From a virus: a DNA stretch of 64,000 nucleotides. The translations under genes were made by a program, and so were the position numbers. The notes beneath the pieces are model-generated. The model had not been told where the DNA came from. It was given only the letters and a program-made list of their open reading frames with translations, and did no database searches. Of the stretch, positions 42,101 to 49,458 are shown piece after piece. The stretch is from positions 24,573-88,572 of IMG/VR virus record IMGVR_UViG_3300020468_000005, one strand, 5' to 3'. Position 1 is the stretch's first letter. Every line of letters begins with the position of its first letter.

Positions 42101-45100
42101 CTGATGATACTGTAAATGGTGTTCAAGCAGCTGCGACAGCGAACGTTGTAAGTGGTACAGTAACTAGTGTTACGATTACTAATGGTGGTCAAGGTTACTA
42201 CACTCAACCAACTGTAGCACCACAAGCATCACCTTCCAATAATAATGCAGTTATTGCTGCACAGATTGAAGGTAGAATTAACATCAACATTGCTAACAAC
42301 ATCAAGTTTGATGCAGGTGATTTCATTCTTGATGGATCTGGTGCTAATGAAGGAACTGGTACTTATTCTCAGAGTACTAATACTATTACTATTACGGAGA
42401 GTTCACACAATCTTTCTAACGCTGATCTTGTTTACTTAGACTTTACAAGTGGTCAAGGTGCTGATGGTTTCTATACAATTTCTCTTATCAATGCTAATGA
42501 ATTTTCTGTAACTTCTGCAACTAGTGCAAGTACAACAGGTAATGTTTCTCGTAAGAGAATTATTGACCTCACCAGAGTTATCAATACATCTGCACAAAAT
42601 GCTGCAAACTGGACACAGTTAACATCAACAAACATTGATGCTTCTAATATTGTTGCAGGTACAATTGACCCAGAGAGATTAGCAAATAAAGGAACTGCAA
42701 ACTCATTCACATTCTTACGTGGTGATTCATCATGGGAGTATGCACTACAATCTATTAGACCTACTACTCAAGATTGTGTAGTTATTGGTGGATCTTTAAC
42801 AGACAGTACTTATATTGATACTATTACAATTACAAATGGTGGTACTTCATACACAGACGGAACTTACCAGAATATTCCACTTGAAGGTGGTAACGTCAGT
42901 ATTAGTGACAATGGTGTTGCAAGAGGTACTTACATCATTAGTGGTGGAGTAATTACATCTGCTAGTGTTACTGATTCTGGTACTGGATATAATGCTGGAT
43001 TTAGTATCACAATTCCTGCAGAATTTGGTGGTGGTAATGGAGCAATTCTAACTGCTGTTAAGGGAACAATCAACCGTGCATACGGTAACATTGAAGTTGA
43101 TATTAGAAAGGGTGATAACTTAACTCCAGCTGCTACTGTCTATGGTAACTACGGTGTATTCAGATTTAGAAAAGACGTTGCTAACCAAGCACTTGGTAAC
43201 CAAACAGAAGGTGGTTTCTTAATTGATAATAATGGTCAGGTATCAATTGACCAAGGTCCTGGTTCAGAACTTAATGCTGACAAACTAGATGGTAACGACG
43301 CTGGTTTCTTTACGAATGCAAGTAACCTAACATCTGGTTCATTAGATCCAGCAAGACTGATAAATCAAACATATGCAATCTCCATATCTGGTACTGCTGA
43401 CAAAGCAAACAGAGTCTTCAACGAGACTGCATCACTGACATCAAACCCATCTCCCGCACAAGCAGGTGGTGGTATATCTGCTGCACTTAGAAATAATGCT
43501 GCTACTGGTCTTAATGATGGTGGTACTACACACGGTATCGTAACTTACAGAAGAGAGGAAACTGGTACTGCTGCTATTCAAATTGGTTTCACTGATAATG
43601 ATAATCTCTACCTAAGAGGTAACAGTGGTGGTAATACTGTATATGGAAACTGGGCTGAGATATGGTCAGGTGCTAACGATGGTCCTGGCAGTGGATTAGA
43701 TGCTGACAAATTAGATGCACATCAAGGTTTATGGTATCAGTCTGGTTATAACTTCGGTGCTTCTCAAGGTGGTATCAACAAACCTATGGGTGACATCTTC
43801 TTACCTGAGGTTCTTGGTCAAGATAAGATGGTATTTGAGAACTTCTATCTTAATGATAGTGGTCTGAAGTACACATTATACATTCCAGATTTCCATTGTA
43901 GAACTGGTACTAATGGTAACATCAATCCAAATGGTACATACACTATCTACTCTGATGTTGGAGCAACAAATAACATCGGTTCAATCGTAGTTGATTCTAA
44001 CGGTGTTCAAGAACTTACTCATACATCTGGTGAGATATATTCATTAGTTACAGGTTCGATAGCATTTGTTGGTGCTAATACTAACGCTAACATTTACGTC
44101 TTCGGTCCTAACCCAGGTACTAAGTGGACTGTAACATCATCTAACTTAATTTCTAGTGGTTCATCCACAGTGATTGGATTACGTGATGCTGCTGCAGGTG
44201 CTAAATTACAACTTGGTAAAGCAGCAACCTCTACTACACCAACAGTAGACTTTAGATCATCTGGTCAAGCACCAAACTATGATGTACAGTTTGTTATCTC
44301 TGGTGGTAATACTAATGATGGAAATGGTACTATCAGAATTAACACTGGTGACATTACTGTCAATGGTAACACCATGTGGCATGCAGGAAACGATGGTTCA
44401 TCATCTCAGCTAGACGCTCATTACTTAGATGGATTCACTCAGTCAACTGCAGCAGGTGGTAATACAATTGCACGTAGAGATGCTTCTGGAAACTTAACAA
44501 TTAATGACTTAACTGCAGATCAAGGTACATATAATAATACTGGTACTTCCATATTACAACTTGGTGGTAGTTCTGGTGTTGACTTAGGTAAATCAACAAC
44601 CAACACTCTTTCACTTAAGGGTAGAAACAGTGGTACTGTTGGTTACATTAAATTTGGTAATGACACCAATGCCTTTGGTTATAATGGAACACACCTATCT
44701 TACAATAACGTTTACTTCCGTAGCGGTTACATCGGTATTGGAGAGAGTAATCCTGGTGCACCATTAGAAATTAAGAGAGATGGGTCTGCACTTAACTTAT
44801 GGGCAGAGTTCACAACAGGTGGAACTAATGATGGTCGTATAATGTTTGGAACCGATGGTGGTTCTCCACATATGATCTTTGACGACATCGCTAATGATAG
44901 TGGATGGATACTCGGTGCTGATGATGCTAACTTATCATGGTTCTGTATTAAAGGATTTGCAACACCTGGCGATGTTAGTTACATATCATCTCAAGGTTCT
45001 ACTGGATCTTGTAACTTAGCAATTTACCAAGGTACAGGTAGATGGTTCATTAACAAGGCGGGTACTACTGGAGCTGGTTCTAGATTGAACGTTGGTGGTG

Positions 45101-45693
45101 CTATTGAAACTGACAATCAACTTAAATCTACTGTTGCAACTGGTACTGCTCCTCTTGCAGTTACATCTACAACTGAGGTTAATAATCTAAATGCTAACCA
45201 ACTTCAAGGTTATACTGCTAATAACCTTCCATACTTGAGAGCACTTATTAACACATGGAACAATAGTTCTGAGGGTCAACCAAGATTCTACTTTGCTAAT
45301 AATGCTGCTACATACTTTAGAACTGGTACTGATTACTACTTTAGAAATGATTCCAACAATGGCATAGGTTCACTGAACGATAATGGTTGTTGGACATTCT
45401 ACTCAGGTAATGACACAGTACAATCAACATATGGTTTACAAGTTAACCAGTTAAATGGTATTAACCTTAATGCATCTGAAGGATTATCTTCTGGGCAGAA
45501 GAGTACAGTTCTAAGAGCATCAGGTGACAAACAATGGATTGATACATATGGTGTTATGAAACGTAATAGAAATACTATTGCAGAAAACATCAATGTAAAC
45601 AATGGTGATAACTGTATGTCTGCAGGACCTCTTGAAATAAGTAACGGTACAACAATCACTATAAATAATGGTGGATCATGGAGTGTAGTGTAA
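33106..45693 (+). CDS. Giant tail fibre protein (4195 aa)
   Basis: ATTDFV fibre motif; split beta-helix (VYVSQTIGSDLNDGRS..PVKTIKKA / SPYIQNSS); repeated L[DN]AxxL[DQ][GA] shaft motifs; WHAGNDG; C-terminal NxxSAGPxxIxNGxTITIxxGGSWSVV. Confidence 0.85.
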   Translation: MALKINSDQQRISASGATPTGNWVGATYSRTVGGLVNILSVGHGFIGNEKLYIDFTSGGETDGTYIVSKVDDDNLQFQSTNLGVITAGNTAAYRRVRSLSVQGDESVEFSVGVDANEKDAITLNLNAQNNIRVGVNTTDPQYELDVEGQIRTTRSIISDTAQVTNLDINTIINPALDLRGPNLINYEDTDVTSPTFGTIFFPTADTPPLSDQSRRVATTDFVYKVATNDTGGRVYVSQTIGSDLNDGRSAARPVKTIKKAAQIAYTLQKAQPDPSDEYVSLIVSGGEYFEDNPITLPRNCSLIGDNLRRVIVRPQNQDRHMLKASNETYVFGVVFRDALQNQSDPQSTVIHTWKYAFVFDDKQRLYYEPELGQIPSIPGDKFRGDNLFNITFTNHTGNNTTLVVGYFLQGGSSGTLGTIQEITFTGPVASPYSTGSVKVLITSGVNDVFQDAEKVFYDSVAANIITDINNAGVSDRFDVSDAESLRPELETISNQIYQHTINSERETIAFAADGTKVNTTTDRITITGHGLKTGDQVYYEKDENAAALGGLADSTLYYIRNVDANTIELYDLWVDATATTATTGIRNLSSVSPDTKLHLFTTGKMMPEGNHIFVDTHQFASGDGVVYRESKMGKIDGLVSGTTYYVYKENVNWFRLASSAANALNKDAQGNDAPVTLPLNSTGLGYQRFEIADRIYSIATLDTSLATQQTYNGPIFNISGTTYHDYEVGQEIQLYGFTSTAIDFGGSVNSSWSLASGEVTVTLSTVDNTLVTNLFSNWMSLGECGLKFSFGGTGSEALSKTYHIDNFSLGSGTPSLPGNTALGMGYARYNSSSLTVTFVLKTANIQSTTNTATATGSTVSVLDNVEDLNGRKYITHRIERADGYSLQFVVRSSISVFNTTFNPTGNQSVISTSNYVLASLRNSPYGFKKIDQTDRYRDGAESIRANQEFIAQEAYGYVKSHYENSATRNSTLTIGPTTFVALGDTFDHPITEWSTSFNKLTVKVNTGHNLFQGFQNHNHIYNGGTATNAITITQGSVQKDVTDATYNPVTGDLVLTIGAHSYTTANTLTIANGAISFTCSRDNHATSHTYPRATDPAYGATLAIKEVDASGTVTVNVGVSAGVQIKGSSTAAINGTWAIDEVYDHRTFVLDLGITSLTTDTTGTDGTFQDIRKPFRTPNSFPVNNKQGDAADLIAANAEMIAEVAVERMVANTGYSVPTGNTACTDDIKDFLQKSLYHNLKWGGNDRVYDAANYYLKQVTTSNQSKYIEAFNYAKDYAAKVVRNLPMLRHPHTLHTQFFNTTITLDRAVYGQVPNKTQDASNLINLNNTFISNEAVERFVSSMTETPVEAVNGNDITINALNGTTPTNTSPHTFQGLSTYQWQPSNVAYDPLTGEMIITINAHPFVDGDRILIAPNSLTFTCASDSNSAQKTYPRTTDPYYNKYIGVRKVDANNIKVNVGAAKTDVTAHTFVTATSTAISRAVVYNDTGFTNHTVTNASYEPITGVLQLTIPNHGFTVGEKVQVAQDSLTFTCAMDDNYSKHTYPRATDPALNVWKSVSNVTQDTFDINVGTTPPITFTPTNAVYTPTTGLVEVTIGNHTLEAPTTHTVEGATLDVATGVMTVTINDHGFQEGNKINIAQSSITMSCPYGGGGQESYPKAGQYIDGKWINIWNVTQNTFSFDTTGGVPLSVNDAHTFVSATPNGLSRVKEHIKLTTGALTFKCAEDNFSTEHSYPRALVDTHTATNGTTYDPNTGIMKVTTTAAHGMRNGDWVKISENSMTFSCGYNGASGAAAQKTYPRSTDHIANKWQKILNVTATTFEIQVLSTIPSTNLDVHTFVSATSNGIQQKRDKSYNTSVPIVAKTGTTITIDVGISSNSTAHTFQSALNNSVITGGNYAHTFVSSVTNGVKRATSSTILNYVPSGSTYNPSTGDMVITIGSNQLLAPTTHTSTDGAYNPTTGIMTVTVANHGFNVGDKVKFAVGAISFSCTHGSGGTTAYPRSSDPIANKWVIISNVTQNTFDVQTLDSVPSTNTTTHTYVSSAANAISHARSTVKVATNSIIFSCTHGSGGNKTYPRVTDPIASARFSIPNHNKDCKDDVSDVLRAVAYNLTNGGNDAVYDHAGYFVGTPHVDGEEFYARAVMEIASNITQQVIANETVNIRGWHGKIQDKDLTITVDPDGCANEKAAVDTLFSIVEQAIATDSLAHATDTVATTPTCTDAISAVDTFFGILTTALGSDGSYGNLNAVTRTFSPGDQQCLDDVLHIIRAFQYDLRYTGNSSIVEAANKYILGGAINHVTQEVDYTRAIFAYAKELSILAIRNNLEPGFFSPIAPVSNSTITVDSSAPECANVVSALTTNWGILDNVLSSASLYSGTITNPDPMIEEQDAAKYRFPLLNIFLDLPVIEASPYIQNSSLISFLGGSGCDIDGAKVATPNVPRPGLKLDGQGNSIAQFDPQGKSMVANAFTIICFGGTAYNVTNDGYTQLVSVFAIFCQDGIVCQSGGYASVTNSASNFGTYSLRATGFRADPYSFDVGVIDSITNDVDGNGTESGRQVIQVSGTTLTAIPIEDYIIRIGGTNPTDPAVEHIILETEVVSGAPGTQVVAKITTNRAMDFTDTTTSTVYSYANGNLSSLVNKSIQFHRPSVVNSSSHTWEYAGSGNTYAALPQNGGFGLGTAFEASEETFGQVYTSGTNEFGDFKVGNFVTIFNRTGAISFVGTVSISELSSIKIVGGDITITGFSKDDNLGGTFASDALLPTQASVRDYISNNLGPYLNQPYSTNAVPSALVQLTSSGKINIDQIPALRPFNITSVASQADRLAIEDASAGDIAIETTATSFSVAPAAVNTGTDRITITGHGTSTGDGLTYTEGTTAIGGLSTNTKYFVIKIDDDTVKLAATKSNADSGNALTLSGQGSGTHTFTTDGTAISYILENDLESQFLSFIPNQNYSFSNGAILSGSSTTARGTIQSYNDGQIFNFVISDGGADYTGSFALTISAPDDTVNGVQAAATANVVSGTVTSVTITNGGQGYYTQPTVAPQASPSNNNAVIAAQIEGRININIANNIKFDAGDFILDGSGANEGTGTYSQSTNTITITESSHNLSNADLVYLDFTSGQGADGFYTISLINANEFSVTSATSASTTGNVSRKRIIDLTRVINTSAQNAANWTQLTSTNIDASNIVAGTIDPERLANKGTANSFTFLRGDSSWEYALQSIRPTTQDCVVIGGSLTDSTYIDTITITNGGTSYTDGTYQNIPLEGGNVSISDNGVARGTYIISGGVITSASVTDSGTGYNAGFSITIPAEFGGGNGAILTAVKGTINRAYGNIEVDIRKGDNLTPAATVYGNYGVFRFRKDVANQALGNQTEGGFLIDNNGQVSIDQGPGSELNADKLDGNDAGFFTNASNLTSGSLDPARLINQTYAISISGTADKANRVFNETASLTSNPSPAQAGGGISAALRNNAATGLNDGGTTHGIVTYRREETGTAAIQIGFTDNDNLYLRGNSGGNTVYGNWAEIWSGANDGPGSGLDADKLDAHQGLWYQSGYNFGASQGGINKPMGDIFLPEVLGQDKMVFENFYLNDSGLKYTLYIPDFHCRTGTNGNINPNGTYTIYSDVGATNNIGSIVVDSNGVQELTHTSGEIYSLVTGSIAFVGANTNANIYVFGPNPGTKWTVTSSNLISSGSSTVIGLRDAAAGAKLQLGKAATSTTPTVDFRSSGQAPNYDVQFVISGGNTNDGNGTIRINTGDITVNGNTMWHAGNDGSSSQLDAHYLDGFTQSTAAGGNTIARRDASGNLTINDLTADQGTYNNTGTSILQLGGSSGVDLGKSTTNTLSLKGRNSGTVGYIKFGNDTNAFGYNGTHLSYNNVYFRSGYIGIGESNPGAPLEIKRDGSALNLWAEFTTGGTNDGRIMFGTDGGSPHMIFDDIANDSGWILGADDANLSWFCIKGFATPGDVSYISSQGSTGSCNLAIYQGTGRWFINKAGTTGAGSRLNVGGAIETDNQLKSTVATGTAPLAVTSTTEVNNLNANQLQGYTANNLPYLRALINTWNNSSEGQPRFYFANNAATYFRTGTDYYFRNDSNNGIGSLNDNGCWTFYSGNDTVQSTYGLQVNQLNGINLNASEGLSSGQKSTVLRASGDKQWIDTYGVMKRNRNTIAENINVNNGDNCMSAGPLEISNGTTITINNGGSWSVV
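36151..39354 (+). repeat. Eight Cys/YPRxxDP modules (nested, two circularly permuted) in the giant fibre
   Basis: Eight cores and eight closing HxF/Y strands; segments closely match those in gp7 (e.g. GASGAAAQKTYPRSTD, GGGQESYPK, TINALNGTTPTNT). Confidence 0.82.
45660..45667 (+). promoter_or_regulatory. T4-type late promoter TATAAATA upstream of the accessory cassette
   Basis: Exact consensus inside the last codons of the fibre gene, about 30 nt before the ATG at 45697. Confidence 0.7.
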
Positions 45694-45696
45694 AAG

Positions 45697-46686
45697 ATGA
45701 GTAGTTTATCAGTACATAATTTACAAGGCATCAGTACGTATGCTAATACGGTAGAAGTTCCTATAGGACATAGACTATCAATTGGTGCTGGTGCTAAATT
45801 TACTTTGCCAACATATACTCTGGCACAAAGACCAAGTTCTAATCAAGTTATTGGTGAATTAATTTTTATTAGTGATACACTTGCTGTTCAAGTCTGGAGT
45901 GGATCTCAATGGTTGACTGTTGGTGGTGGTCTTGGATTGTCATCTACTGCACCTGCACAAAGCACTACAGAACTTAGCAACGCAGGTATATCTACAAACG
46001 GATTATATTGGATCAAACCAAATGGTTATAGTGGATCTGCTGAACAAGTTTACGTTGACTTTAGTGGTAGTGCATCTGGTATATCTGATCCAGGTCCTTG
46101 GGTTAGAGTCAGATATGCTCAAAGTTACTACTCAAGAAGTGATGCTTGGAGAGGTCAAGGTGGTTTAAGTAATCCAGCAAACCAAAGTTCTACAGCATAT
46201 TCTGGTGATTTTGCATATGATGTTTCTGATGCTTGGTTAATAGCATTGATGCAGAACTCTAGTGAGTGTAGACAGTACTTTGAATCTTGGGGTTATGGAT
46301 CTGTTGGTTGGACATATGGTTCTGGTTACATGGAATCAAAAGGTTTAGACGGAGTTAACTATACTAGATGGAACGGTAGTAGAAATATTGTTGGTAAAGA
46401 TTATACTAGAGTACCTGGTATGTCACACAATACTAGCAGTATAAACGGTCCTTATAGTAATCCAACTGGAAGAAACACTGACGATACTGACAGAAACGAT
46501 AGTAACTGGAGAAATACAAAATTCTTCTTCAAGTACGTCATACCTGGCGGTAGTAGTGCATTCCCATTACCTATTAAAGGTATCTGGAACGCTGACGTTG
46601 ACGGAGGATCCGAGCAAAGGTACTTCCCATTTAGAGATCCAGAACGTGATACGTCCATGGAATCTAACATCTGGATTAAAATGTAA
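45697..46686 (+). CDS. Putative fibre-tip adhesin with fibrinogen-N-like segment (329 aa)
   Basis: MSxLxV start, LPTYTLAQRP...GELIF..D....VWSG..W module, then NGLYWIKP.....QVYVDF.....W as in fibrinogen-like/lectin domains. Confidence 0.6.
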   Translation: MSSLSVHNLQGISTYANTVEVPIGHRLSIGAGAKFTLPTYTLAQRPSSNQVIGELIFISDTLAVQVWSGSQWLTVGGGLGLSSTAPAQSTTELSNAGISTNGLYWIKPNGYSGSAEQVYVDFSGSASGISDPGPWVRVRYAQSYYSRSDAWRGQGGLSNPANQSSTAYSGDFAYDVSDAWLIALMQNSSECRQYFESWGYGSVGWTYGSGYMESKGLDGVNYTRWNGSRNIVGKDYTRVPGMSHNTSSINGPYSNPTGRNTDDTDRNDSNWRNTKFFFKYVIPGGSSAFPLPIKGIWNADVDGGSEQRYFPFRDPERDTSMESNIWIKM

Positions 46687-46696
46687 TTGAGGAACC

Positions 46697-47860
46697 ATGG
46701 CATCTAGAATTAAAGTTGATGAAGTTACTAATTTAGCACAGTCGGGAGCTGTTTCATTTCCCACTGGTGGTGCGACTTTTAGTGGAAATGTAAACGTAAC
46801 AGGTAATATAGATTTTACTGGAAATTTATTACAGAATGGATCTCCCTTCGTAACCCTACCAGAGCAGAATGTAAACAATATAGGTTATACTTTAAGATCT
46901 GGTGGTAGTACAGGTGTTGCCTATTGGGACTCAAGTGGTGAGGGCGATAGTGGTGGCGGGAGTCAAGCCATGTATAAAGCAGGGTTTGACATTACTAGAG
47001 GTTTTGCTTGTGCAGGATATAGAGGAGGAAGTTCTTGGAAGAACGTTAATAGACTTGTAATGTCTACCTATACCAACACAAACCTAGGAGACTTACTAAC
47101 ATACTCTGGAGCATATCTTGACTGTGCACAGAATACTTCATTTAAGAATTACGTATTTGCTACTTGTGATAGTTGGAACGGAACTTGTAACTATGTTTCT
47201 TCAATTAGCATGGTAACTGAAACAAATACTGGATTGGCAACAGCAATGTCTTCTAACAGAAACAGATGTACATGTTTGAAAAAAGATTTCACATATGCAT
47301 ATGTACATGGAGGTAATAGTTCACAGATAACGAAATATAATTTATCAACTGCAGCAAGTAGTCAAAGCACAACTCACCCTAACGGTGACCAGAACAACCC
47401 TGCAGGTGGACAAGGTGCTACAGTAGGATGGATCAAACAAGGTTCTGGACAATCATTTAATTTCTCAACTGAAGTATTCCACTCTTGGACAGACAATCCT
47501 GGTACTGATGGTACTAACAAAACACTTTCAAGTAGAAATGGTTTCATGTACTGGAATACTGGTGGTGGTTATCGTACCTCTAGTGATTGGCATGTAAGAG
47601 ACTCTTACAATGGTGGACGTAGAGCAAGTGTAAGTAAGAATGGTATAACAACTGGTGAGGAAACAATGTTTACTGGTAATGAGTATGGTTTCATTGTAGG
47701 ACAATATGATGGAAACCAGAATAATAATGGTTACTTATTCACTTATGCAAGTCATAGTTTCCAAAGAGATTCTAGAATGGATAGTCTAGGAACAAGTGGA
47801 AGGGCATCTGCTGCTGGTGGAGAGTATGGTGTTCTCATGTACGGATACACAGGGATGTAA
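46697..47860 (+). CDS. Putative fibre-tip protein with predicted beta-propeller-like C-terminal domain (387 aa)
   Basis: MASRIKVDEV start and short fibre shaft (GNVNVTGNIDFTGNLLQNG); then roughly 40-aa blade-like units (RGFACAGY, YAYVHGG, YGFIVGQY). Confidence 0.55.
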   Translation: MASRIKVDEVTNLAQSGAVSFPTGGATFSGNVNVTGNIDFTGNLLQNGSPFVTLPEQNVNNIGYTLRSGGSTGVAYWDSSGEGDSGGGSQAMYKAGFDITRGFACAGYRGGSSWKNVNRLVMSTYTNTNLGDLLTYSGAYLDCAQNTSFKNYVFATCDSWNGTCNYVSSISMVTETNTGLATAMSSNRNRCTCLKKDFTYAYVHGGNSSQITKYNLSTAASSQSTTHPNGDQNNPAGGQGATVGWIKQGSGQSFNFSTEVFHSWTDNPGTDGTNKTLSSRNGFMYWNTGGGYRTSSDWHVRDSYNGGRRASVSKNGITTGEETMFTGNEYGFIVGQYDGNQNNNGYLFTYASHSFQRDSRMDSLGTSGRASAAGGEYGVLMYGYTGM

Positions 47861-47862
47861 CA

Positions 47863-48657
47863 ATGTCAGAAACAGTGAAACTAAAGTATTACATAGGCAG
47901 AAGATGCGATGAGATTGACTGGATCAGTACGTCCAATATAATTTGGAACATGTATGGTATCTGTGTATTCTCAGTAGAAGAACAATGGGCAAGAGATCTC
48001 TATACTTTACCTCGCTCTTTTGAAGAGATTAGTGAAGAGATGGGTAGATGGGGAACCAAACATTTTGGTGAGACTCGTACCGAAGTTAAAATTACATCTG
48101 AAGATCCACTATCATCTGAAAGTTTAATGGATGAGGAAGATGGAATTGAAATGCCTGATCCTTTAATCAATAAAGGTAAGACAGTAATTACATTACCTCA
48201 AGAAAGAATTGATGCTGCAATTGCGTTTATGAAATTGTCAGCAAAATTAATCATTGAAGATCAATATGATCGCAAATTCTTATCATTGAAATGTGAGGTA
48301 TCTAAACTTGAGCAATTTTTATGGGATGCACAGGTACGGGAATCCAACAATCAAGAGGGGGAAACTCCTGTGCTAGATAGTATAGCAGCTGCAAAAGGTG
48401 AAAAAGTTGCAGACGTTGCTACTTCAGTTCTAGCAAATCAAACAGCATTTAAAGATAAAGTTATTCTACTTAACTCAGAAATGGTTAAGGTGAAGACAGA
48501 ATTTAAAAACTGTGCTACAATAAAAGAACTAAACCTTCTTTGGCAGAAATACATGGGTATACCTATGCCTAATGATCAAATGCTTGAACTTGGACTAGTC
48601 CATGAAGAAGAAGCAGCACTAACAACTGACACTGTAGAAGCTGGTTTACATTTATAA
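47863..48657 (+). CDS. Tail fibre assembly chaperone-like protein (264 aa)
   Basis: C-terminal EQFLWDAQVRE...ETPVLDSIAAAKG...VATSVL...CATIKEL resembles the ExxxWxxQxxEA..TPxLxxIAxxRG pattern of proteins encoded next to phage fibres. Confidence 0.5.
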   Translation: MSETVKLKYYIGRRCDEIDWISTSNIIWNMYGICVFSVEEQWARDLYTLPRSFEEISEEMGRWGTKHFGETRTEVKITSEDPLSSESLMDEEDGIEMPDPLINKGKTVITLPQERIDAAIAFMKLSAKLIIEDQYDRKFLSLKCEVSKLEQFLWDAQVRESNNQEGETPVLDSIAAAKGEKVADVATSVLANQTAFKDKVILLNSEMVKVKTEFKNCATIKELNLLWQKYMGIPMPNDQMLELGLVHEEEAALTTDTVEAGLHL

Positions 48658-48669
48658 TTTAATTATACT

Positions 48670-49458
48670 ATGTCAAAAATTATGAAGGGTGGAATGACAC
48701 CTGAGCAAGTCGAGGACTGGGTAGAGAACTCGATGCATTATGGAATGACGCATGAGCAAATTAAGAACTTCGTCATTAACTCTAATGTAACTGATTTTCG
48801 TCAACTAAGACAAGTTCTAGTTGAAGTTGAAACTAGGAGTCATGAGAGAAAGAAACTCTGGATGGATCATCAGAGAAAAGAAATTAAGATAAATCAATTA
48901 AAAGCAAGGTTAGAAAAAGAAGAAGATGAATTTGAAAGGCAACTAATTCAAATTGATATAGATGAATACGAATTAGACTTAGGTAAATTCAAGGTTAATA
49001 TTAGACAGTATGACCATGAACTAGAACCTTTCATGGAATACATCAATAAGAACTTTGCAAATATAGATGAGTTAGCTGACGTTGCTAATTACTCTGAAGA
49101 GGATGAAAGAAAATATTGGATTGCTAGAATGGGTAAACAAGCAGCTATTGACATATATGCCAATGGCAGAATAGGTATTGGTAATATGGATTCTATCGCT
49201 ATGATGCGAGAAGAAGATCAGATATATGCAGTCAATATTGCCATGCAATATGCAGGTTTATTGAACACAGGTATATCTAAAATTCAAAATGAATTAAAAC
49301 CTCATATAGATAAATTACTAGGAGATGGAACCGAAGTAAGGTTCCCAACATTCGATGGGATTGAGAAAAATCTCAACCTTGACTTATTCAACAAATTGAC
49401 AGGATCCAGTGGTGAACAAAAAAGTCTTCAGTCTACCAATAAACCCGAAACTGAGTGA
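48670..49458 (+). CDS. Helical coiled-coil hypothetical protein (262 aa)
   Basis: Charged heptad-rich centre; motifs GMTHEQIKNFV..S.VT..RQLRQ and YWIARMGKQAAID...GRIG.GN. Confidence 0.75.
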   Translation: MSKIMKGGMTPEQVEDWVENSMHYGMTHEQIKNFVINSNVTDFRQLRQVLVEVETRSHERKKLWMDHQRKEIKINQLKARLEKEEDEFERQLIQIDIDEYELDLGKFKVNIRQYDHELEPFMEYINKNFANIDELADVANYSEEDERKYWIARMGKQAAIDIYANGRIGIGNMDSIAMMREEDQIYAVNIAMQYAGLLNTGISKIQNELKPHIDKLLGDGTEVRFPTFDGIEKNLNLDLFNKLTGSSGEQKSLQSTNKPETE